From: Candidatus Micrarchaeota archaeon
GTDB taxonomy: Archaea; Micrarchaeota; Micrarchaeia; Micrarchaeales; CABMGC01
DNA length: 64,000 nt
Direction of reading: 5' to 3'
NCBI GenBank assembly: GCA_028867145.1
Contig: JAGWGX010000001.1
Span: 27,829 to 91,828, forward strand
The notes beneath the pieces were generated by a model. That model saw only the letters and a list, made by a program, of their open reading frames with translations. It did not search any database and had not been told where the DNA came from. Each line of letters begins with the position of its first letter. The stretch's first letter is position 1. Shown here one piece after another: positions 8,641 to 16,594 of this stretch. A program made the position numbers and the translations under genes.

Positions 8641-9102
8641 TTGGCAAGGAGCATCTGTGTTTGTTGCGGGAACGAGGCGGCGGGGCTGCCTGTTGAGGAG
8701 GACAGCGTAATCAGAGGGCTGCGATTTGTGAAGGCAAAGCTTCACATGAAGGTTAATAATAGCAAGCTGGTCTGGTGCAGGCAGTGCTATCCAAAACACG
8801 TGCACGCAACCGTGTCTGCAAGCAAGAATCAAAACAAGACAGGTGTTCCTGTAGTGGTCCTCCAAGATCCGGGTAGGCACCCGACAAGCTGGGTTGAGAG
8901 GGTTGGATATGAGGAATCAAGAAGGAATTATGAGTCTCGCCAGATGACCTACATCGCAATAGGCGTGATATTTGGGATACTCGGGGTGCTGATCTCCTTT
9001 GGAATAGGGAGCATTATTGCAGCAATTGTGGTCATCATCTTCCTCTACCTGATGTCCCTGCTAACCTACACCCCAAAAATCGCGGTAAAAACAGCAAAGT
9101 AA
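8641..9102 (+). CDS. Zn-ribbon protein with C-terminal two-helix membrane hairpin
   Basis: TTG start. CVCCG...WCRQC cysteine pairs at the N-terminus. C-terminal hydrophobic stretch YIAIGVIFGILGVLISFGIGSIIAAIVVIIFLYLMSLL. Confidence 0.5.
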   Translation: MARSICVCCGNEAAGLPVEEDSVIRGLRFVKAKLHMKVNNSKLVWCRQCYPKHVHATVSASKNQNKTGVPVVVLQDPGRHPTSWVERVGYEESRRNYESRQMTYIAIGVIFGILGVLISFGIGSIIAAIVVIIFLYLMSLLTYTPKIAVKTAK

Positions 9103-9176
9103 TCTCGGTTTTTGCCCAAAAAGGGGAACATAAACTAATAAATATACTTAATAGATAGTAATAGAAGAGTGATTGG

Positions 9177-9899
9177 TTGCCTGAAGAGGAAATTGTGCCA
9201 AAAGTGGAGGAGATAACTTTTTCTGGAAAACTTACGGGCACCCTTGAGCAGACAAGGCAGAAGCTTGCTGCGATCCCCTTCTTTTCAACCAAGATAAACG
9301 GCGAGGAGCTAAACCTAGCGAAGGTCGAGAGCAGGAACATAAAGAAAAAGCCGTTCCTTTTCTACCTGATAACGATAAGGGCGGACTCTGTGAAGGTGGT
9401 CTACTCAATTGCGCCGGACACGAGCGAGAAGCTAAGGAGGCTCTACGTGATAAAGAACCTTGCCTCGGTCCTCTCGATAATATACGATTCCTACCAGATA
9501 GACACGGTCAAGTTCCTGCAGTATGTTGACTCCTCTATCGACGAGATGCTAAACTCACTATCGCAAAGCTACAGCACGCTATTTAACAAGTACGACTCGC
9601 TCCTATCTGAATACAGGGAGATGAGAAGGCTCAACCTCGAGCTCTCTGCCTCAAACCGCAACCTCACGATACAGACAACGCAGTTTGACGAGGACAACAA
9701 GCAGCTAAACGCCCAGCTCAAGGCGCTGCAGACCTACTCGGACGATGCGCTGATGGCGATGGTCCAAGACTGGATAGAGACGCACAACAACTCGATAGAC
9801 ATAACCGAATTCGCCGGCAACTACAAGATTGCGGCGCCCAGGATCGAGCAGATACTAGACAAGATGGTCTCGCTCGGGTACGTGGAGCTCAAGAGTTGA
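9177..9899 (+). CDS. Coiled-coil protein with C-terminal winged-helix-like domain
   Basis: TTG start (uncertain). Heptad-rich segment LSEYREMRRLNLELSASNRNLTIQTTQFDEDNKQLNAQLKALQ. C-terminal ITEFAGNYKIAAPRIEQILDKMVSLGYVELK resembles a wHTH. Confidence 0.5.
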   Translation: MPEEEIVPKVEEITFSGKLTGTLEQTRQKLAAIPFFSTKINGEELNLAKVESRNIKKKPFLFYLITIRADSVKVVYSIAPDTSEKLRRLYVIKNLASVLSIIYDSYQIDTVKFLQYVDSSIDEMLNSLSQSYSTLFNKYDSLLSEYREMRRLNLELSASNRNLTIQTTQFDEDNKQLNAQLKALQTYSDDALMAMVQDWIETHNNSIDITEFAGNYKIAAPRIEQILDKMVSLGYVELKS

Positions 9900-10057
9900 T
9901 GGCCGTGAAGTACTCCGCCACCGTAAACAAGAAGTTCAGGTACGTAAAGGTGTACAGGGTGGTTAAGAAGGTTAACCAAAGCACGAACGCGGTCTCGCAG
10001 TTCATGGAAAAGTTCGTTGACAAGTACATCTTGAAGAGAAACAAGGTTGAGGAATAG
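9899..10057 (+). CDS. Small basic protein (52 aa), translationally coupled (TGATG) to upstream gene; not in ORF track
   Basis: My translation is MAVKYSATVNKKFRYVKVYRVVKKVNQSTNAVSQFMEKFVDKYILKRNKVEE*. The ATG overlaps the upstream TGA. The only track ORF here is an antisense 69-aa ORF that looks spurious. Confidence 0.45.
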   Translation: MAVKYSATVNKKFRYVKVYRVVKKVNQSTNAVSQFMEKFVDKYILKRNKVEE

Positions 10058-10069
10058 GCGAGAAACCCC

Positions 10070-12448
10070 ATGGAGCAGAAATCAAAAAAACGAGGCATTG
10101 CGATAATAGCGGTGCCGATTGCAATAGTGATCTTGCTCCTTGCAGGGATTGTAATCTACACCCAGAGCACACTTGGCTCCATACAGGCGCACTCGGTCGC
10201 AAATAGCCTGGGGCAGATACGCTTCAACTTTTCAGTGGTGAGCAACGGCATTGCAACATATGGCAATGCGCAGCTAATCACCCCATATGTGGTCACAAAA
10301 TACACCTCAAGCAACGCAACCTTTCTTTCTCTTTACTTCAATTTATATTCCAGAAACCCGCTCCCCAACATCTACTACCTAAACACGACAAACTACTGCT
10401 ACCAGTGCTACAGCGACAGCGCACTCTTCGCAAATGTTAGCGCATACCTTGCAAGGTACGGGCTTGTAACTGCAACAAGCACGCTTAGCTACATAAATCC
10501 AAGCCAGCTCTCCAAGATTCCACGAAGTTCAATAATAATAGTTCCATCTGGAATACTTCCGGTCTATATGCTTCCAAATTCAGCATTTCCAATCAACGGT
10601 AGCGCCAGCATCTTGACGCTTCTAAACCAGAGCGACACTATACTTTATATCGGGACAAACTTCTCAAGGAGCTCCGCTCCGGGGGGGGTCATATTCTCAA
10701 ACTCTAATGCGACAGTCTCAAAGCTAAACAATGCGGGGCTCGTCACGCTTCCATTCGCAAACAAGAACGCAAGCAAGACCTTCTCCTACTTTAGCGCGCC
10801 AACATTCTCATTTGGCGTGGGCGGCTACTTTGGATACGCATCCTACGTCAATACCTACAACGGATCTATAGTGTCATTCACGAATACCCAGAGATCTGGA
10901 TGGCAGAACACAAGCGCGATAGGCTATGACATTGCAAAGACGCTAAGCACCCATTTTTGGCTGCATCCGCTTGCGAGCGGAGTTTACTCACAGGGATCTC
11001 CTGGCAGCGGCACTATCGGAATTCCCGCGCTCAACAGCACAATGATTAACAACAAGACGACAATCGCAAAAGTGGTCAACTCCTCATACGGAGTTGTGAC
11101 CGCCCTGATTTACAACTCGAGCAGCCTGATTGAGAGGGCGCTTCCTGTCAAGGTCGCCTACATCTCAAATGGGAGCCTCTCCATACAGCCATACCTTGGG
11201 CAGACGCAGAGCATCCCGATAGGGGTTAGCATAAACCTAAACTCCACAAGGCCGCAGCTTGTGATACCGCACATTGATTTATACAACAAGAACCTCACCT
11301 ACATAACAAGCATCTCGGTGCCCTTCTTCAACACGACCTCCAACATAAACATAATAAAGTACTACACCTTCCAGCTCCCCAGCGGCACATACCTTGCGGT
11401 ACTCAGGAACTTCTACAACAAGTACTACTCAAGCGCGTTCTTCAATGTTACAAACGTGACCCTGTCCCCGATCTCGCTCAACTTCAAGAACGGAAGCTTT
11501 GTGTTTTCGGTGAAGAGCAACAACATCCCAATCACAAACACCACCTACTCAATCGACGTGAACGGGGCATATAGGGTAAGCGGCAATGTGACAAACGGGT
11601 ACATACTCTACAACCTTCCAAGGGACACGGTGCTGGGGTACGGGACCGAGACGTTTAATTTGCAGATGTTTGGGAGCAAATACAGCTACAGTACCTCAAA
11701 TGTGCAGCAGGTGCTAAACATCCCGACAATATACATCGAGTTTGTGATTGTGGGGCTTGCGATAATAATACTAAACCTTATAGTGAAGCCGCCAAACAGG
11801 GATGAGTACTACATAGACGTGCCTGAGTTCCATGAGGCAAAGAAGTTCAACGTGAAGATAAACAAGGGCGAGATCCTAAGCGTGTTTGACAAGGTCAACT
11901 TCGCGTACCACTGGAAGTACATGCCGCTAACCCTGGAGGAGATAAAGAGCGGGATCAGCGGAAACATTAGGTACAACAACATCCCGGTCTCGATAACGAT
12001 GCAAAACGCGGCGATGATAATGAGCAAGCTTGCGCTTGAAAACGAGATCGTCTCATCCGGAGGGTACTATGCGCCAAAGAGGTGGACAAGCGATTCTGGA
12101 TACGACATCGAGTATCTCTCGATATTTAGGAGGATAAGGGACTACTCAGTCGGGCATGCAATCTTGTTCACGGACATCGGGGCAAGCGAGGCTGCGGACA
12201 TTACGCTGAGCAAGGGCGGCGGACAGACGCACATCATGATCTACTCAAGCCTCTCAGGGATAAAGAAGATAAATGTCTCGTCTGACCTCAAGACCTACAT
12301 AGTCTTTGCGGACGAGGAGAAGCTGCTTGGATTCACGGACAAGATCTACAGGTCGTATGGAAGCGAGGCCGAGATGCTAAAGATCGGGCTCTCCTACGGA
12401 TACATAAGGCTCGTCGAGGCAAACAACCTTGACCAGATAGTCTTCTAA
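10070..12448 (+). CDS. Large bitopic surface protein: N-terminal anchor/signal, about 530-aa sequon-rich ectodomain, TM helix, about 230-aa cytoplasmic domain
   Basis: N-terminal IAIIAVPIAIVILLLAGIVIY. Dozens of N-x-S/T sequons (NAT, NTT, NVS, NGS, NQS, NFS, NSS...). Second TM IEFVIVGLAIIILNLIV followed by a charged soluble C-terminal domain. Confidence 0.65.
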   Translation: MEQKSKKRGIAIIAVPIAIVILLLAGIVIYTQSTLGSIQAHSVANSLGQIRFNFSVVSNGIATYGNAQLITPYVVTKYTSSNATFLSLYFNLYSRNPLPNIYYLNTTNYCYQCYSDSALFANVSAYLARYGLVTATSTLSYINPSQLSKIPRSSIIIVPSGILPVYMLPNSAFPINGSASILTLLNQSDTILYIGTNFSRSSAPGGVIFSNSNATVSKLNNAGLVTLPFANKNASKTFSYFSAPTFSFGVGGYFGYASYVNTYNGSIVSFTNTQRSGWQNTSAIGYDIAKTLSTHFWLHPLASGVYSQGSPGSGTIGIPALNSTMINNKTTIAKVVNSSYGVVTALIYNSSSLIERALPVKVAYISNGSLSIQPYLGQTQSIPIGVSINLNSTRPQLVIPHIDLYNKNLTYITSISVPFFNTTSNINIIKYYTFQLPSGTYLAVLRNFYNKYYSSAFFNVTNVTLSPISLNFKNGSFVFSVKSNNIPITNTTYSIDVNGAYRVSGNVTNGYILYNLPRDTVLGYGTETFNLQMFGSKYSYSTSNVQQVLNIPTIYIEFVIVGLAIIILNLIVKPPNRDEYYIDVPEFHEAKKFNVKINKGEILSVFDKVNFAYHWKYMPLTLEEIKSGISGNIRYNNIPVSITMQNAAMIMSKLALENEIVSSGGYYAPKRWTSDSGYDIEYLSIFRRIRDYSVGHAILFTDIGASEAADITLSKGGGQTHIMIYSSLSGIKKINVSSDLKTYIVFADEEKLLGFTDKIYRSYGSEAEMLKIGLSYGYIRLVEANNLDQIVF

Positions 12449-12451
12449 GAA

Positions 12452-13990
12452 TTAGGCTTCCTCTTCCGCTTCTTCCTTTACGCCCTTTGCTTCCTCTGCC
12501 TCTTGCGCCTCGTCCTGGCCAAAGAGCTTGCTGTACTTGTTTTCAATTAGGGACTTTAGCGATTTCTCTATGTCCGCACTCTTAAGCTCTGATAACTCGC
12601 CGAGGTCGCTTGAGAGCTGGCTCACATATCGCATAATCGTCTTGTACTTCGTCTCCGCTGTAGTCCTGCTCTTGACGCCGCTTAAGTATCTCTGCAAAAT
12701 TCTGAGTGCATCCATCACGGAGAGCCTTACTTCCTCCATAATCTCCTCTTCCTGTGCGACAGACTGCTTCCCGACCCCGGAGTAGGGCACGTAGACCGAG
12801 CAGACGCTAACTAGTATGCTAATCGGGGACTTCTCAAAGTCCTCGATGTTGTACCTCTTCCACTGCAGGCCCCTAATTGCCTCCGAGATTCCGCATGTTC
12901 CCCCATCAAAGAGGAGCGGAACCTTGTTTGCGAACCTAAGGATGCTCCCTCCTGCGCCGCTCTCAGTTGTCTTTCCAGCATTGCCGCCGTATGCAATGCC
13001 AACCTCAACTACAAATGGAATCCCTCCCCTGAACACCTTTGACTTTCGCTCGACAACCGACATGAACTCCGGGTTTAGGATGTTCTTGATTGCCGCCTCG
13101 ATTTGCTTCTCGCCGATTGTTGAGAGTGAGTCCATCTCTGGTGCAATCCACTTGATCTTCTTGAAGGTGGCAATAAGTGTTTGAGCCTCATCCCATGTCA
13201 GCTCCTTTGGCGGCTTTGATAAGTCGATTTTCGGGGCGAGCTCCTTTATCTCTGCAACCTTATTCGGAGTGACCCTAGCAAATGACTCGATCAAAAATGA
13301 GGAGATCTTGCTGGAGTTTGTCACATGCGCAAAGTCGAGCAGGTCGCTTGACTCAAGTCCAAGAGGATGAGGCTTGATCTGCTTTGGCCTCTTTGGCATC
13401 TCGTTCACAGACCTTGGAAGGGAGATCTCCTTTCCATCTGGGCCGATAAGCGTGATTGCAATGTGAGGATTTGTAAGAGCTGTTCTTTTTAGGTATTCAT
13501 AAACGCCGTGATCGGAGTTCTCGTACTTAACCCCGCCAAACTCCGCCTTGACCATAAGGCCCCTGAAGTTGCTCTTCTCAAGCTCGACTAGGTTCTCGAT
13601 CTCTGGCTTGTTGTCCTTTATGTTGATACCAAGGTCGCACTCGTAAGTCTCCTTGCCCGTTCCTGATTTAATGTGAATCTTCTTTCCGGTGGTTATCTGA
13701 GAAAATAGCGTGCATCCAGCTGCCCCGATTCCCTGCTGCCCCCTTTGCTGCATGTACCTGTGGAACTTTGTTCCAGAAAGAACATTTGCGAGCGCCTTCC
13801 CGATTAGCTTCTTTGGAATTCCAGGGCCATTGTCGGTAACCTTCACTATGCATCTCTCCTCTCCGCTGTCCTTTATCTCCACCGTGATCTCCGGTAGTAT
13901 CCCTGCCTCCTCGCACGCGTCAAGTGTGTTAGTAACGTATTCATGAACCACTGTGGTGAGGGACCTCACCTTCCCCGCAAATCCGAGCAT
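12452..13990 (-). CDS. top6B: DNA topoisomerase VI subunit B (annotated from first ATG; true N-terminus probably upstream, up to 14098)
   Basis: GHKL ATPase motifs VHEYVTNTLDACEE, VTDNGPGIP and RGQQGIGAAG. Overall colinearity with Top6B. The conserved SISEFFRKNRQMLGF strap begins upstream of the first ATG. Confidence 0.9.
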   Translation of the reverse strand: MLGFAGKVRSLTTVVHEYVTNTLDACEEAGILPEITVEIKDSGEERCIVKVTDNGPGIPKKLIGKALANVLSGTKFHRYMQQRGQQGIGAAGCTLFSQITTGKKIHIKSGTGKETYECDLGINIKDNKPEIENLVELEKSNFRGLMVKAEFGGVKYENSDHGVYEYLKRTALTNPHIAITLIGPDGKEISLPRSVNEMPKRPKQIKPHPLGLESSDLLDFAHVTNSSKISSFLIESFARVTPNKVAEIKELAPKIDLSKPPKELTWDEAQTLIATFKKIKWIAPEMDSLSTIGEKQIEAAIKNILNPEFMSVVERKSKVFRGGIPFVVEVGIAYGGNAGKTTESGAGGSILRFANKVPLLFDGGTCGISEAIRGLQWKRYNIEDFEKSPISILVSVCSVYVPYSGVGKQSVAQEEEIMEEVRLSVMDALRILQRYLSGVKSRTTAETKYKTIMRYVSQLSSDLGELSELKSADIEKSLKSLIENKYSKLFGQDEAQEAEEAKGVKEEAEEEA

Positions 13991-14073
13991 CTGACGGTTC
14001 TTCCTGAAGAACTCGGATATCGAGTGCTCCTTGAACTCCTTGAATATCTCGTCAGCGCTTACCTTCTTCTCTG

Positions 14074-14589
14074 CTATATCATCACCCTTTCCCTGCTCTC
14101 ACGCCTTGCCTTTTCCATTATCCTGTATGCCTTTTTATGCGTTCCTCCCTCAAGGAGGATCTGAAGTGCAACATTTGCTATCTTTGTCTGCTCAATCGTG
14201 CCGATCATGCTAACCGTGTTCTCGTATATGCAAAGCTTCGCGCCGCTCACCGACTCTATGTACTCCTTCGTCTTGCCCTCCCTGCCGATGATCCTTGCCT
14301 TCACCCTTGTGATCTGGTCCTTTGTCTTGAAAAGCTCCTTGAAGCTAATCGAGGTGAAGTAGTAATCCTCGGTGAGCAGGGAATATGCCTGATTTAGCTC
14401 AAAGCCCCTTCCAAATGCTGCAATCACGTTCCTTGCGTTGTACTCCTCGTACGCCTCACCCTCGATGACCACCTCGTTCTCGTCCTCGATTCTTATCTCG
14501 CAGCCAAGCCTCTTGGAGACTGAGGCAAGAAGTTCCTTGTCAGAGGTGAGTAGTTTGGCTCTCTTTAGGGGTATCAATATTTGCTGCAA
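14074..14589 (-). CDS. KH-domain RNA-binding protein (archaeal Dim2/Pno1-like)
   Basis: Two KH-like modules. IIGREGKTKEYIESVSGAKL carries the G-x-x-G-type KH loop. Size and layout are typical of aDim2p. Confidence 0.7.
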   Translation of the reverse strand: MQQILIPLKRAKLLTSDKELLASVSKRLGCEIRIEDENEVVIEGEAYEEYNARNVIAAFGRGFELNQAYSLLTEDYYFTSISFKELFKTKDQITRVKARIIGREGKTKEYIESVSGAKLCIYENTVSMIGTIEQTKIANVALQILLEGGTHKKAYRIMEKARRESRERVMI

Positions 14590-14788
14590 CTAACCACTTG
14601 TGCTACTTACTTTAGTGGGAAACTTATTTATAACAGGGGCAGGAGAAAAAGAATCACAAAAGAATCTTATCGGAATGATCTTTGCCATGAAAACTTCCAG
14701 TAAAAGCCGTTTTGACGTCGAAATTTTTGGCTTGCCCGGATTGGGGACTGCGCATAAATTCAGTGGCTGAGCCCCAAAGTAACGCAAG

Positions 14789-14798
14789 CTTTAAATAT
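14789..14798 (+). promoter_or_regulatory. TATA-box-like element for 14913 gene
   Basis: CTTTAAATAT lies in the 320-bp divergent intergenic region. Confidence 0.3.
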
Positions 14799-14824
14799 CT
14801 TAACAATGGTAATACTTGCATTGT

Positions 14825-14876
14825 GTGATTCAGTCGTGATTGTTTCACGAACTCAAATCAAGCGAATCACGAACTC
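14825..14876. promoter_or_regulatory. Cluster of four related half-sites (operator-like) downstream of TATA
   Basis: Direct repeat TCACGAACTC at 14845..14854 and 14867..14876 (22-bp spacing). Inverted partners GTGATTC (14825..14831) and CGTGATT (14835..14841). Confidence 0.4.
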
Positions 14877-14912
14877 TGGCGGATTGTCGTCGGAGACCAA
14901 AAGTGCATCAAA

Positions 14913-15410
14913 ATGACCAAAAAAAGCAAGCAAATGGAGCAGGAAATCCTGGAGCTAAAGAAGGTCGTAGAGAAGCTCTCCAAGGGAGGGGTCGAGGAGG
15001 TGCACGAGGATGCGGGAGTCTCAACTATGCTCAAGTACATGCTGGAGGAGCGCGAGAGGACAAACAAGATGCTTAAAGGGATCACCGAGAGGCTAAGAAA
15101 GCTCGAGTCTGACCTAACCGAAATGGAGGCGCCAGAGGAGAGGGCCCCTGAGTTCCCTGTGGGCAACAAGGAGGTGCCGATCTCGGCGCTTGACTCGAAG
15201 ATACTAGAGTTTGCACAGACAAAGGGAATGGTCTGCGCCGACGACCTTCAAAAAGAGATGAATTACAAGGGCAGGAACGCGGCATGTGCAAGGCTAAACA
15301 GGCTGCACCGCGGAGGCCTTTTGGAAAGATATCAGTTAGGTCACAAGGTTTACTTCAAGTATGATGCTGGCAAGACGACCAATACACTCATTATTTCACC
15401 TCCACAGTGA
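14913..15410 (+). CDS. Coiled-coil + C-terminal winged-helix transcription-regulator-like protein
   Basis: N-terminal heptads (EQEILELKKVVEKL, LRKLESDLTEME). C-terminal ILEFAQTKGMVCADDLQKEMNYKGRNAACARLNRLHRGGLLERY resembles a MarR/TrmB-like wHTH. Confidence 0.55.
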   Translation: MTKKSKQMEQEILELKKVVEKLSKGGVEEVHEDAGVSTMLKYMLEERERTNKMLKGITERLRKLESDLTEMEAPEERAPEFPVGNKEVPISALDSKILEFAQTKGMVCADDLQKEMNYKGRNAACARLNRLHRGGLLERYQLGHKVYFKYDAGKTTNTLIISPPQ

Positions 15411-15424
15411 GTGAGAACCAGATG

Positions 15425-15449
15425 GGCCTGCCTTCCCCCAAGGCAGGCC
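15425..15449 (+). terminator. Perfect 10-bp stem / 5-nt loop hairpin followed by T-rich tract
   Basis: GGCCTGCCTT-CCCCC-AAGGCAGGCC then TTTATA, 15 nt after the stop of the 14913 gene. Confidence 0.45.
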
Positions 15450-15520
15450 TTTATACTATTCCTGGAGGTATAAACAAGCATTAGCTAAGCCTAATAAAGG
15501 GACAAAAATAATTCGGATGG

Positions 15521-16267
15521 ATGGGGCTTTACATCAAGGAGATAAGCAAGAGCGCTGCAAACAGGCTAAACTATGTTGAGAGAACCATGCGCAGCGAGCT
15601 CAAGGAGTGCTTTGAGACCTACGACAAAATAAGAAGGATTGACAAACTACCAACTCTTAGCGAGTGCAGAGTCCTGATCAACACAGTCGATTGGAGGTTC
15701 GGCCCCAGCACCTATGCGAGCCTTCTACTCAAAAACGATTACTTCCAGATAGTGCACCACAATCTTGTGAGGGATGTTGCAAGATTAATTAAGGCAATAG
15801 AACCGGAAAATAGCGTTGAAATTGCTGCAGGCAAGGGAAAAATTTCTTATTGGCTCAACAAAAGGGGAGTGCCAATACTCGCAACAGATTCCGGAGAGAC
15901 AATAAAGAGCAAGTGGGTGGAAAGGCTTAATCATAAACAGGCGCTAAAAAAATACAATCCGGATTTTGTGCTGGTCTCATCCCCACCCACCATGCAAATG
16001 GTGGTGGACATAATGAGACACGAATCGGTAAAGCATGTGATCGTATTAAAGAAAGCTGCAGATTTGCTTGTGAATTACAAGAGAGAGCTGAAGAGGTTCG
16101 CCCAGAGTGTAGATGTTCTACGGATTAACACCTATCCCTCAGTAATCGACAGTTTGATGGGCATAGACAAGGATAAGAAGGGAATGAATATACTCATAAA
16201 AGGAGGTAAGGAGAGGGGTCTAAACAATCTCTACAAAAGCATTCTTGTTACAACTAAGAGAAAATAA
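15521..16267 (+). CDS. Hypothetical protein, possible Rossmann-fold (SAM-dependent methyltransferase-like)
   Basis: VEIAAGKGKISYWLNKRGVPILATD resembles methyltransferase motif I plus the acidic end of beta-2. Otherwise unrecognised. Confidence 0.35.
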   Translation: MGLYIKEISKSAANRLNYVERTMRSELKECFETYDKIRRIDKLPTLSECRVLINTVDWRFGPSTYASLLLKNDYFQIVHHNLVRDVARLIKAIEPENSVEIAAGKGKISYWLNKRGVPILATDSGETIKSKWVERLNHKQALKKYNPDFVLVSSPPTMQMVVDIMRHESVKHVIVLKKAADLLVNYKRELKRFAQSVDVLRINTYPSVIDSLMGIDKDKKGMNILIKGGKERGLNNLYKSILVTTKRK

Positions 16268-16292
16268 TCGAAAAGGAAAAGGACGGGTAAAC

Positions 16293-16430
16293 CTACCCGC
16301 CAATCTTGAACATCTTTGTGCCACAAACAGAGCAGACGCCCGACTTTGCCATCTTGCCGTTCTTCATTGTGACCTCCTTCACGTCCTTCATTTCGCGCTT
16401 CTGCTTACATTTCATGCAATATGCTTCCAT
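16293..16430 (-). CDS. Small zinc-ribbon protein (45 aa, DUF5679-like); not in ORF track
   Basis: My translation is MEAYCMKCKQKREMKDVKEVTMKNGKMAKSGVCSVCGTKMFKIGG*. It has CxxC...CxxC pairs and a GGAG-like purine tract just upstream of the ATG. Confidence 0.6.
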   Translation of the reverse strand: MEAYCMKCKQKREMKDVKEVTMKNGKMAKSGVCSVCGTKMFKIGG

Positions 16431-16594
16431 GCTATCTCCTGAATAGATACTGCAACACTACTTTAAAAACGCATTGATTTAGTGGAACTTTTTGACTAAG
16501 TTAGGGTAAATAGGCTTTTTGTCCAAAATGCCTCTTTTTCGGTGATAAACGAACCCGGACAAACCGCTAAAAGAGGGAAAAAGAGACTAACTTT

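Noticed and set aside
1-12448. The idea that the VirB4-like cluster is an integrated conjugative plasmid or ICE.
   Set aside because: No integrase, relaxase, VirD4/TraG-type coupling ATPase, replication gene or flanking direct repeats or tRNA are visible in the window. The downstream neighbour is core (top6B). This cannot be fully excluded because the upstream boundary lies outside the window.
12449-12451. The absence of top6A next to top6B, as a possible sign of rearrangement.
   Set aside because: The subunits are often but not always adjacent in archaea. With only this window it cannot be judged and is not informative by itself.
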